From IMG/VR virus record IMGVR_UViG_3300029318_000086, positions 1 to 26,049 of that record: 26,049 nucleotides of DNA; one strand, written 5' to 3'. Below, one piece after another: positions 1 through 9,073 of this stretch; positions within the stretch are counted from its first letter, which is position 1; every line of letters starts with the position of its first letter. The notes under the pieces are model-generated. The model saw only the letters and a program-made list of their open reading frames with translations. It did not search any database and had not been told where the DNA came from. The position numbers and the translations under genes are program-made. Origin of the DNA: a virus. Its lineage: Duplodnaviria > Caudoviricetes.

Positions 1-2938
1 CAGTTCTCCAATTACGCATTGCATAAATGCAAAGTTCTCGTGCATATTCAATAGCACGGAAGTTCTGAACAATCTCATCTTTGATGTATGCAATATCTCC
101 ACCAAGAACATACTTATTTGCTGCTTCAATTACGTTATGATTGGAACCAAATTCTAAATCTCGTACGAGAGCGTTAACGAAGTGGATAACATCTTGACGG
201 CATTGCTCGTCACCGTCACTTCCTGTATTGTCTCCAGTAGTTGGAGAACTATAAGAAGGATAAGTCTTCTGACCAGCATCACAAGATAGAAGAATATTTG
301 CTAGTTTTACAGTATCATCTTCTACTAGAGTTGAGATAGCAGTAGATACTGTAATTGTTGCATAACCAGTGTTTGCATTGTCATATAAAAAATCGGTAAT
401 TGTATAATCGGTGCCACCAAATGTTACTGTTCCACCAGAAACATAAGTATGTTCTACTGGAGTTTGACCGAGATATACTTGGAATCCAGTTCCACCACCA
501 GTAATATCAGATACTTGATAGTGATCTTTAGCAAATTCTTTATTGATTCTTCCTACAACTTCATCCGCAATAAACTCTCTGTTGTTGCGTAAGAATGTGC
601 AAGCATCTTGGAATCTTCTTTCTACAGGAGTAGCAAGAGGGAATGTGTTTGGAGAGTTAAGTAGAGATAGAGTAACTACTTTAGAGAAACTCTTTACAGT
701 AGCGAATTGTCCTGGATCAAAGTTAGCATCTGTTAAGGAAGGTGCCTTCTTAGGAATTACAAATCGTCTTGCACGACCATCAGCATCTTCAATGACCTTG
801 TAAATTCTTTGCTTACCGTTAAGGAAAGAAAGATCAGGAGATGATGTTGGTAGGTTCTCAATTAAAATTTCTTGACCTTCTTTAAATTCGTGTGTATTAG
901 TTCTACCAACTAGTGCATTGGTATAGAATACAATACCACCAAGGTCTTCTGCATTACCAAACTGAGCACTCTGGAAACCACCAGTTGCAATGCTTGGATC
1001 TCCCTGTAAAGAGAAGTCAATTCTAGAAATAGGTAGAGTTGTGGTATAATCTTCATCTACCGATACAACCTCACCCTCAGCACGAATCGACTTAATCTTA
1101 GTCGTGTCGATTGTTTGTGTTACTGCTGTTGCTTGGTTGATTGTGTATGTACCTCCAACTCCTGTAGCATCCCACGAAGGTGCGTTTAGAATTGGGAAGA
1201 AAGTTACATCCCAGATATTGTTTGCGGATTGTGTGCTGTCAATAGCAGCAACTTCATAGAATCCAGTGAAAGCACTTCCAGAAGATGGTGTTCCTATCAA
1301 TTGAACAACTGTGCCTCCAGGAATAGTTCCTGTTGGATCTTGTGTAAATCTTAGAACGTTTGCTCCCTGTTGACCAGAGATATTAAGGTTGATAGCAGCA
1401 CCAGCACCAGCAGATGTGATATATGAGAATTGCTCACCTTCAACGAAAGAACCAGATGTTAACTGTACATCGATTGTTCCATTTACAAATGCACTAGCAC
1501 CTGTTGTATCTGCAAATTTTACGTCAATAATTTTTGCTCTAGAACCAGTGTTAACACCTTTTACAACTAAGTTTGATGTTAATGTGGCAAGACCTGTGTT
1601 GTTCTGGAAAGAAACACGGAACTGTTGTGGTCCAAAGATTTGATGACCAACTGGGAAGGATGTTCCAAAATCACCATTTACTTCTCTATCGACGATAATT
1701 CTTTGCTTATCGTCAAAGACCATCGCAAAATCCCAAGTAGCAACTGGGTCACCGTTGGAATCAATTTGGTCACGATAAGTAACACCAATCACATAGTTCT
1801 TATCACCAAACTTCATGATGTGTTTGCCAGGGTTGGCAGGTCTGATAATTACCAGACGCAAGTTATCACCAACAACTGAGCAGTCTGGTGGTAGAGAGAT
1901 TGGGTTATCTTCTACATAATCTCCACCAGAAACGATAATAGTTTCTTTGACACCAGGAGTTTTCCATGCTTCCTGCGCTGCCTTTTTAATTGTTCTAACT
2001 GGGTTTACAGCAGAACGACCGTCGTTTAGGTCAGAACCAATCTGCTGTGAAACGTAAATACGACCACCAACGTCATTCGTTGCTAGGTTGAGGACGTATT
2101 CTGTGGTTGCAATCTTGTCAGATCTATCACCTAGTAGAGGTGTAATTGATCTTGGGAATACTCCAGCGTCACCAGTAGTATTATATCCAAATTCATTTGG
2201 ATCGTTGACGCGGAAACCAATGTGTTTGAAGTCAACTTCACCGTTTTTGACAACACCATCTACGTGTTCTGGTGCCTCAGATCCAGTTTGTCCAGTATTC
2301 AGTGCTTGATAAACGTTAGCACCAAAATATCTGTATTGATTTTTCTGTAGAATAACATTAGAAGACCACAGTGTTCCTGTGTTATTCATGTAAGTCTTCA
2401 GGTTAGGACCCCTGAAGTTAGCATCTGGAGTAACAAAGTTATCAATATCCAGGTTTAGAATTCTCGCCGTATCAGAAATGATAGACGTAGATGTTCTAAT
2501 AGCACCGTTAATGTCAAGTTCGTAATCAACAGTATCAAGGAATGCTGTTGCAGTTGCACCTTGACCACCGCCACCAGAGATAGTGACTAGAGGAGCACTC
2601 GTATACCCCGTTCCAGGAGTGTTAACAGCAATAGTAGTGACTTTACCATTGAAGATAAACGCGGATGCTAGAGCGCCGCTACCGCCTCCTCCAGTGATTG
2701 TAACGTCAGGGTTTACCGTATATCCCGAACCTGCGGTATCGAGAACAATGTTGTTAACTCTTTGTCCAGTTCGGTTAATACCAACACGAGGTAAGGACGT
2801 GTTAATGTCCAACTCAGTACGCAAGACTTCTTTCTCATCTGCGCCCGTGCCTACTCTAATCGTAGCTTCATTATCACCGATGAGTTTAGGGTTGACGCCC
2901 CTAATTTTCTCTTTATCGGAATTAATATGAAAACTCAT
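1..2938 (-). CDS. Large virion structural/tail-associated protein, 3'-truncated by the window edge (>=979 aa). Contains Gly-rich 'GSGY' modules, a CBM5/12-like module, a beta-helix (DUF1565/pectin-lyase-like) start and a phycobiliprotein-like helical domain.
   Basis: Absent from the ORF track because no stop codon lies in the window. Manual translation from the ATG at 2938-2936 gives MSFHINSDKEKIRGVNPKLIGDNEATIRVG..., and the same frame reads ...IEYARELCIYAMRNWRT at position 2. It includes IYVSQQIGSDLNDGRSAVNPVRTIKKA and VSGGDYVEDNPISLPPDCSVVGDNLRLVIIRP. A CTAAATA late-promoter-like box lies upstream. Confidence 0.88.
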   Translation of the reverse strand, partial: MSFHINSDKEKIRGVNPKLIGDNEATIRVGTGADEKEVLRTELDINTSLPRVGINRTGQRVNNIVLDTAGSGYTVNPDVTITGGGGSGALASAFIFNGKVTTIAVNTPGTGYTSAPLVTISGGGGQGATATAFLDTVDYELDINGAIRTSTSIISDTARILNLDIDNFVTPDANFRGPNLKTYMNNTGTLWSSNVILQKNQYRYFGANVYQALNTGQTGSEAPEHVDGVVKNGEVDFKHIGFRVNDPNEFGYNTTGDAGVFPRSITPLLGDRSDKIATTEYVLNLATNDVGGRIYVSQQIGSDLNDGRSAVNPVRTIKKAAQEAWKTPGVKETIIVSGGDYVEDNPISLPPDCSVVGDNLRLVIIRPANPGKHIMKFGDKNYVIGVTYRDQIDSNGDPVATWDFAMVFDDKQRIIVDREVNGDFGTSFPVGHQIFGPQQFRVSFQNNTGLATLTSNLVVKGVNTGSRAKIIDVKFADTTGASAFVNGTIDVQLTSGSFVEGEQFSYITSAGAGAAINLNISGQQGANVLRFTQDPTGTIPGGTVVQLIGTPSSGSAFTGFYEVAAIDSTQSANNIWDVTFFPILNAPSWDATGVGGTYTINQATAVTQTIDTTKIKSIRAEGEVVSVDEDYTTTLPISRIDFSLQGDPSIATGGFQSAQFGNAEDLGGIVFYTNALVGRTNTHEFKEGQEILIENLPTSSPDLSFLNGKQRIYKVIEDADGRARRFVIPKKAPSLTDANFDPGQFATVKSFSKVVTLSLLNSPNTFPLATPVERRFQDACTFLRNNREFIADEVVGRINKEFAKDHYQVSDITGGGTGFQVYLGQTPVEHTYVSGGTVTFGGTDYTITDFLYDNANTGYATITVSTAISTLVEDDTVKLANILLSCDAGQKTYPSYSSPTTGDNTGSDGDEQCRQDVIHFVNALVRDLEFGSNHNVIEAANKYVLGGDIAYIKDEIVQNFRAIEYARELCIYAMRNWRT

Positions 2939-2973
2939 GGTGTTCCCGTGCCCTTGACTTTTTTCCTATTGTA

Positions 2974-2981
2974 TATTTAGC
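2974..2981 (-). promoter_or_regulatory. Putative T4-type late promoter variant (GCTAAATA)
   Basis: Minus strand reads TGA-T-GCTAAATA-TACAAT in the 44-nt gap, about 35 nt upstream of the ATG at 2938. It matches the last 6 nt of the TATAAATA consensus. Confidence 0.55.
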
Positions 2982-2982
2982 A

Positions 2983-3483
2983 TCACGCCCAGGCAATACT
3001 GATAACTTCAGTAGATGAAACCCACTTAATGGTTGAAGTTGTGCCAGCTCTAGTCGTATTGTAGCTAAAATTGTTTGTTCCTCCAGTAGGAACGATGTCC
3101 CAAGTTTCACCAGATGGAATATCATCTTTGATTACTGTTTGGAAACTAGACATAACATTTACATTTCCAGATCCATCACAAGAAACTGCAGTTTCAAACT
3201 TAGTTGCATATACAGTTCCTGCATCATTTACAGCAATGATGTTTCCTGTAATAAAATTAAGTGTTGAGTTTGCAATAGGAATTTTTGTTCCTAATCCATC
3301 CAAGTCAAGAGTAGAAGTATTAAGACCTCTTAAGATATAACGAGTTGTATTACTATCAGTAAAATTGCTATTTTTTAATTCTAGACTATTGATATCTTTG
3401 GCATTCCTTAATTCGTCAACGACGATAGTTTTGCCTACAGAAAATCCACCTTTAGAATCAAACTTTTCGATTTGGGTTGCCAT
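2983..3483 (-). CDS. Conserved phage protein, probably virion structural (166 aa)
   Basis: Starts 3 nt after the stop of the upstream gene. The sequence is S/T/G/N-rich with beta-strand character, typical of small genes between cyanomyovirus tail-fibre genes. Confidence 0.8.
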   Translation of the reverse strand: MATQIEKFDSKGGFSVGKTIVVDELRNAKDINSLELKNSNFTDSNTTRYILRGLNTSTLDLDGLGTKIPIANSTLNFITGNIIAVNDAGTVYATKFETAVSCDGSGNVNVMSSFQTVIKDDIPSGETWDIVPTGGTNNFSYNTTRAGTTSTIKWVSSTEVISIAWA

Positions 3484-3486
3484 TGG

Positions 3487-6400
3487 TTATTTCTTCGTAA
3501 TGTTGGAAACGATAGTAATCTCGATGTTGTGACCAGAAGTTACATTAGCACCAAGTTCAAAATTGATTCTGGCAAGACCGCCAGCAGTTCTTTCAAACGT
3601 AGGGATAATTAACTGTGTGCCAGTTTTAACATTGCCATACTCTGTATGGAAAATGTCTGTTCCATTATCTATAACACCAAACTCAAAGAACTCTCTATCA
3701 TTACTATTTAAGTTTTCTGCAATTACAACAGTTTTTGAACCAACTTCTGCTGCTGTGTCATACATGTTAGATCCACCAGTATTAGAAGCACCCTTAACTA
3801 GAGTAATTTTTTCTGTCAAGATTCTGACATCTGCAAGTTCAAACTCTTTAAGATCTCCATCGAAGACTTTAACACCATTGTAAACACCAGTTCCAAAACC
3901 AGTGTTGAAATAAACATCACCTTGATTATCAAGTCTAAGGATTGGATCAACAGAAAGACCACCAGAAAGTCCTAAGTCAAAGTACTGCTTACTAGAATGT
4001 AAGAATGTTCTATCTGCTTGAGTATTATCAAGAGTTGTTTCAGCATTATCAAACGTCATCAAACCTGCTGTAATCTCAAACTCACCAGATGTGCTAGAGA
4101 TGATAGTATCTACAGAGTAGAACTCAAGTGCAGATGGAGTGAGACGCATCGTGTTGGATCCATCATTGTAGAAATACAAGATGTTTTCGTTTGCACCAGG
4201 AGCAGTCTCAGGAATGATGTAAGTATTCTGATCAACGTCTTTAACACCACCAAGTGAACCCCAGTTGGATCCATCATAACCTTCAAACTGACCAGCAGTT
4301 GTGTTAAATCTGATACCACCTTGAACTACTGCACCTCTTTCAGCATCTGTTCCAGCAGGAACTGCTAATGTGGTGTTTGTATTACATACAATTTTCTTAC
4401 CAGCGTTAGGTTGTAAGATAAGATCATTTAGATCTGTGCTAATGATATTGTCTCTTAGTCTTAAATCTCCGTTGATTACAAGAGGAGAAGAACCTAATGG
4501 GTCTAATCTAATTTCTTCAACGTCAACAAATGTTAGTGGTGCAACTGCAAGACCCCAGAAGGATAGAGTTGCTGATCCATTTGTTGCTGTTCCAGAAGTG
4601 TGTGTTGGTTCGTTACCGCTAGTGGCAGTTGTTCCTGCAACAGTTACCTCATAAAGATTATTCTTATGCTTGAGATATGCACCAACTAGAACAGGAGCAT
4701 TTGCAATCCAATCAGTAAATGCAGGAGCAGAAGTGTTAGCAGACTTGATAGTCTTATTAGTTCTGAATTCTAATTCATTTGGTGTAAACTTAACAGTATT
4801 AGTTCCATCATTGTAGAACCAAAGTGTGTTATCATTAGAACCAATAGAAAGTTCTGCAGTGATGTATGTGTTTCCATCCAAGTCTCTTACACCACCAAGA
4901 GAAGACCAGGAAGAAGTTGCAGCACTATAACCTTCGTATTGTCCACTATCAGTATTAAATCTGATAGAACCGTTTTCAGCACCTGTTGCACCAGGACGTT
5001 GTGCAGTTGTACCTGCAGGGATGTTAAGAGATGCAAAACCAGTAACTCTAGTAACCTTGCCTGTAGGAGCAGTAAGAATTAGGTCACTACCAGCATCAGT
5101 AGAGATAATGTTATTTTCAATGAATACGTTATCGTTTACATTGAGTTTGTCTGTAGTCTTGAGTTCACCACTGGTTAATACATTACCGTCTGCCTGAGTT
5201 ACACCAAAACCACCAACTGTGAGGTCACTAGTTGAAATAATTGATGTTCCTGTTAATGTTACTGGTCCTGTGGTTCCATTTGTAACAAGTGGAGTAGTAA
5301 CACTAGTTGATGCTGCAGCAGTTTCTGTTGTTAATGTTGTTGCATCCAGAGTTGGAATGGTTCCAGATGTTGCTGTGACTGTTTCTGCAGAAACTTCACC
5401 ATCCAGAACTTCCATTCTGATGATATTAACTGTAGAAATATCCGTTGCTCTTAGTAAGAATCCACTACCAAATACTTTAGGGTTATTTGGATCGATAGTG
5501 ATTGATGCCTCTGCACCATCTTCACCACCTTCATTTTCGTGACCATCACCAGATGCACAGAAGTAGTATAGTGTTGGAGTATTTGCTGTGATAGTAATAT
5601 CAACATAATCAACACCTCTCTGAACACCATCTGTATATTCAACACCAGAGAATGATAGAGTAGTAGTTCCACCCGTAGATGGTAATTTGTCTAGAGTTAG
5701 TTGCGTAGAACTATCGATACTTTGAATTCTCGTATCTGATAAGACAACACCATTTCCACTAGTAACAGTGGCGACCATTCCTACCTGAAGTCCAGTTGTG
5801 GAAGCTACAGTAATTTGATAACTTGCAACATCTAGAGTTGTGGTAATATTCTGAATTAAACTTGGAGAATAGAATCCATCTGGGAATGTAGAGAAACTAA
5901 ACTGGTGACCAGACATACTGTTGTCACTAGTATTAAATCTGTAAGTACTACCAACATACAATGTCAAGTTTGGATGTAACGTTGCACCAGATCCAGTATC
6001 AATGTAGAATCTATATTCTAGTGAAGAAACAGTATCTGTGGTGTATACAGTAGAAGCAGCACCTGTCTTAATAACACTAGCGCCACTGGTTAAAAGTGAT
6101 GCTTGATCAGTTTCTAACAAAATACTTGTGATATTACCACTTGATGTTCTTACATCTAAGATAGCAATCGCAGTTGCACCAGTAACAGTCGCTGCAGTTA
6201 CTGTAATGTCATTGGCAGGCGTTGCTCCACCAACCAAGTTACCAGCAATCGTTAGAGTATCAGCATCAGCATATCCAAGTCCTCCATCATTAACAGTAAC
6301 ACTTGCGATTGTTCCGTTTGTGTTTCTAACAACATCAAATGTCGCACCACTACCATTACCACCTGTGGATGCAACACCAGTAAATGTTCCTGATTCGTCC

Positions 6401-8871
6401 GAGGTAAATGTTAGGTTAATGCTTGCAGTGTTTAGGAATGCTGCAGATAATGTTACTTGAGTTGCACTATCGACAGATGCAACAGTAACATCAATTGCAA
6501 GGTTACCACTTGAATCTTCTGATACTATGTCTCCAACACTAATTCCAGTTGTTGAGGAAAGAGTTGCGGTGAATTGCCCTGTAACACAGTTACAAGCAAG
6601 AGGACCAGTTGTAGTTTGAGATGTATCACCACCAGTAAATGTGATGTTTGTAATATCACCTGCTAACGCTTCAATGGTGTCACTGGTTGTAATAGTTCCA
6701 GCAGCAATCGTTTGAACAAATGTAATTTTCTGAACATCTTTAGATGTTACAGGATATTCAATTGGTTGAGTTAGATCTCCAGAATTGATTGTAAATTCAT
6801 CTCCAGGTGAATAACCATTACCAACGTTGTCTAATGTTACAGTATCAACAACACCAAGAGCATTAATAGTATACTGATGATCATTTGCAGGATCTCCAAA
6901 TGCAGGAATAAAGTTCAGAACTGCAGGACCCAATGCAGTTGGTTCAGCAGATAATGTAATTGTGGTAGCATCATCTACGTTTGCAACTGTTGTTCCAGCA
7001 GCAAGAACACCAGATCCAGAAACTTTCTCTACAAGATAACCAATAGAAAGACCAGCAGTAGAAGGGAGTGTTACTTGTACAAGATTTGATGTAGAGAATA
7101 CTAAGTTTGCATTACCATCGACTGTTGGATTTGCACTCAATGTAATTTGAGTTGCACTATCAACAGATGCGATCGTAGTTCCTTGTGCTAGTTCTCCAGT
7201 ATCTCCAGCAGAAGTATTAACAAATAATCCTGCTTGTAACTGAGCAGTAGATGATAAAGTTACAGTTGCAGCACCAGTGCTTAGTGTTGCTGGGAACAGT
7301 GGAGAAGAACCTGGAAGATATACAGATTGATTTGATATCTGAGTTGGTAAAGTAAGTACATCATTTACCTGATAACCAGTTCCAAATTCATTAATTGTGA
7401 AATCTGTGATGTCACCAGGAGCGGTAGATACTGTGTATGCAAAAGAAGAACCTCCTCCTCCACCAAGGCTAGCATCAGTTGCCGAAAGAACATCACCAAC
7501 TTGGTAACCAGATCCACTATCTGTAATTGTTACACTGTCAACAATACCAGTGTTTGTAATAGTTCCAACTGTATAGAGGAATGGTGTGCTAGGAGCAGTT
7601 CCACCTGTGTTTACATATGGAATTTCTAGAGTATCACCAACTTTATATCCAAGACCTGAGTTAACCCAAGAAACATCGGTAACAGCACCACCACTAATTG
7701 TAATATCTGCGAAACCTTGCCAACCATATTGACCAGCAGTTCCAGTTATAATGCTAATATTACCACCAGCAGGACCCATGTTTTGGTGGTTTGCACAATC
7801 ATAACGAACGATGTTAGTTCCTAATGGTGCATCTGGTTTTAATGTAACGTCTACAAAACAACCAGCTTGACCCCATACACCAGCAGCAAAGAATTCAAAC
7901 TTATCTTGGAAAGTAATAGATCCACCATTGGCATCTTGGAAGGTAATTCTATGCTCACTTCCAGGAGATCCATCACCAGCGAGGGAACTATCTGACATAT
8001 CAAATCGATATGTGTTACCCTGAACCATTGATAGAGTTGGTTGATCAACACCATCAATGTTGTAAATGTTATTTGGTTCTCCCGCTTGTCCAGCATTTGG
8101 GTTAGTTACAGATGTAACAACAAATGTTTGTACGGGAGTATTGAAGAATTGTGTTTGTGAATATACACCGTCTGCATATCCAGCACCAGCATTGGTAATT
8201 GTTCCAGATGGTGTCGAAGTTCCAGCAGTTACAATTGTTGCTTCTGCACCAGAACCATTACCACCAGTAAGAGGAACGTTTGTGTAGGTTCCTGGTAAGT
8301 AAGCAGAACCAGTTGCAGTAATAGAACCCTCAAGAGCAGGAACAGTAAAGGATGCTGTTGCACCAGATCCGTTACCACCTTGCAATGGAATCGTTAAGAA
8401 ACTTCCAGGAGTATATCCAGTTCCAGCGTTGGTAACAGATCCAGCAAATCCGTTAACAACAATATCTGCATTTGCGTTTTGACCTGTTCCACCAATGAGT
8501 GAAATCTCTTCATAAGTTCCAGGATCATAACCACTACCAGCATTAACAATAACCAATAGAGATTGTGCTAGTTTTCTCTGCTGGATATTGATATCTTGAT
8601 ATGCAGTGATTTCAGATAACCTAAAATCAACAGTTTTCTTTCCACTGTTAACAAATCCCAGCACTTTATTTTCTGGTTTGTAGATACCAAGCGTGGTATC
8701 AGAAACAAACTTCAGTGAGGGATTACCTACAAGACCATCGCCTAATTGTAAGTTACCTGTGGATAGATCACTACCACCAGAAGTAACGTTAAAAAGCGCG
8801 GTGCTGATATCATTAATCTTGACCCTTTGTTGTTCAAAGGTATCAGTTCTAGCGACTTGAATTGCTGGCAT
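3487..8871 (-). CDS. Tail-fibre-like multidomain virion structural protein (1794 aa)
   Basis: The N-terminal 'TDTFEQQRVKIN' motif is typical of cyanomyovirus fibre proteins. It has many GSGY/GGNGSGA modules, two 'G-IRFNT---FEGY---W-SLGG' fibre modules, a CBM-like insert, two cupredoxin-like modules and a C-terminal 'HTEYGNV' domain. Confidence 0.85.
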   Translation of the reverse strand: MPAIQVARTDTFEQQRVKINDISTALFNVTSGGSDLSTGNLQLGDGLVGNPSLKFVSDTTLGIYKPENKVLGFVNSGKKTVDFRLSEITAYQDINIQQRKLAQSLLVIVNAGSGYDPGTYEEISLIGGTGQNANADIVVNGFAGSVTNAGTGYTPGSFLTIPLQGGNGSGATASFTVPALEGSITATGSAYLPGTYTNVPLTGGNGSGAEATIVTAGTSTPSGTITNAGAGYADGVYSQTQFFNTPVQTFVVTSVTNPNAGQAGEPNNIYNIDGVDQPTLSMVQGNTYRFDMSDSSLAGDGSPGSEHRITFQDANGGSITFQDKFEFFAAGVWGQAGCFVDVTLKPDAPLGTNIVRYDCANHQNMGPAGGNISIITGTAGQYGWQGFADITISGGAVTDVSWVNSGLGYKVGDTLEIPYVNTGGTAPSTPFLYTVGTITNTGIVDSVTITDSGSGYQVGDVLSATDASLGGGGGSSFAYTVSTAPGDITDFTINEFGTGYQVNDVLTLPTQISNQSVYLPGSSPLFPATLSTGAATVTLSSTAQLQAGLFVNTSAGDTGELAQGTTIASVDSATQITLSANPTVDGNANLVFSTSNLVQVTLPSTAGLSIGYLVEKVSGSGVLAAGTTVANVDDATTITLSAEPTALGPAVLNFIPAFGDPANDHQYTINALGVVDTVTLDNVGNGYSPGDEFTINSGDLTQPIEYPVTSKDVQKITFVQTIAAGTITTSDTIEALAGDITNITFTGGDTSQTTTGPLACNCVTGQFTATLSSTTGISVGDIVSEDSSGNLAIDVTVASVDSATQVTLSAAFLNTASINLTFTSDESGTFTGVASTGGNGSGATFDVVRNTNGTIASVTVNDGGLGYADADTLTIAGNLVGGATPANDITVTAATVTGATAIAILDVRTSSGNITSILLETDQASLLTSGASVIKTGAASTVYTTDTVSSLEYRFYIDTGSGATLHPNLTLYVGSTYRFNTSDNSMSGHQFSFSTFPDGFYSPSLIQNITTTLDVASYQITVASTTGLQVGMVATVTSGNGVVLSDTRIQSIDSSTQLTLDKLPSTGGTTTLSFSGVEYTDGVQRGVDYVDITITANTPTLYYFCASGDGHENEGGEDGAEASITIDPNNPKVFGSGFLLRATDISTVNIIRMEVLDGEVSAETVTATSGTIPTLDATTLTTETAAASTSVTTPLVTNGTTGPVTLTGTSIISTSDLTVGGFGVTQADGNVLTSGELKTTDKLNVNDNVFIENNIISTDAGSDLILTAPTGKVTRVTGFASLNIPAGTTAQRPGATGAENGSIRFNTDSGQYEGYSAATSSWSSLGGVRDLDGNTYITAELSIGSNDNTLWFYNDGTNTVKFTPNELEFRTNKTIKSANTSAPAFTDWIANAPVLVGAYLKHKNNLYEVTVAGTTATSGNEPTHTSGTATNGSATLSFWGLAVAPLTFVDVEEIRLDPLGSSPLVINGDLRLRDNIISTDLNDLILQPNAGKKIVCNTNTTLAVPAGTDAERGAVVQGGIRFNTTAGQFEGYDGSNWGSLGGVKDVDQNTYIIPETAPGANENILYFYNDGSNTMRLTPSALEFYSVDTIISSTSGEFEITAGLMTFDNAETTLDNTQADRTFLHSSKQYFDLGLSGGLSVDPILRLDNQGDVYFNTGFGTGVYNGVKVFDGDLKEFELADVRILTEKITLVKGASNTGGSNMYDTAAEVGSKTVVIAENLNSNDREFFEFGVIDNGTDIFHTEYGNVKTGTQLIIPTFERTAGGLARINFELGANVTSGHNIEITIVSNITKK
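4120..5121 (-). repeat. Internal duplication of a ~115-aa module (about 4765-5121 and 4120-4460) flanking a CBM-like insert
   Basis: Copy 1: NNIISTDAGSDLILTAPTGK..LNIPAGTTAQR..GSIRFNTDSGQYEGY..SWSSLGGVRDLDGNTYI..NDNTLWFYNDGTNT..ELEF. Copy 2: DNIISTDLNDLILQPNAGK..LAVPAGTDAER..GGIRFNTTAGQFEGY..NWGSLGGVKDVDQNTYI..NENILYFYNDGSNT..ALEF. Confidence 0.9.
5670..7290 (-). repeat. Four dispersed ~55-aa beta modules (S-T-x-x-L-x-x-G...T-x-[IV]-x-[SN]-[VI]-D-x-x-T-x-[IVL]-T-L)
   Basis: The cores are TTIASVDSATQITLS, TTVANVDDATTITLS, VTVASVDSATQVTLS and TRIQSIDSSTQLTLD. DNA at 6451-6480 and 7141-7170 is 27/30 identical. Confidence 0.85.
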
Positions 8872-9064
8872 TTTTGATTAACTCTCGCAGTAGGGATTTG
8901 ATCTCAGAAACTTCATTCTTCAACATATTTATGTCGTCTAACGCGGAACTGAGATGTTTTGATTTTTTTCTGGCGTCTATAGCAGACACGTCCTGATTGA
9001 TGATGGCACCTGTGTTTAGGTCCCTCACCAATCCGTCATGTCCGTCAACTCTTGCATAATCCAT
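8849..9064 (-). CDS. Small conserved phage protein (71 aa) with a C-terminal coiled coil
   Basis: MDYARVDGHDGLVRDLNTGAIIN... ends in the heptad pattern LDDINMLKNEVSEIKSLLRELI. It starts 9 nt after the upstream stop and overlaps the next gene's start by 23 nt. A gene of this type commonly follows VrlC-like genes in T4-like cyanophages. Confidence 0.85.
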   Translation of the reverse strand: MDYARVDGHDGLVRDLNTGAIINQDVSAIDARKKSKHLSSALDDINMLKNEVSEIKSLLRELIKNASNSSR

Positions 9065-9073
9065 ACGCGGAAC

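Noticed and set aside
2580-2938. Apparently more CG-containing codons at the 5' end of the leftmost gene
   Set aside because: This is an impression only and was not quantified. Similar patches occur near other gene starts, so it is not adequate evidence of a recombination junction.
3487-8871. Diversity-generating retroelement or invertible cassette acting on the fibre gene
   Set aside because: No reverse transcriptase or invertase is present, and I found no ~100-bp near-identical repeat pair with adenine-specific mismatches. The repeats are diverged, protein-level duplications.
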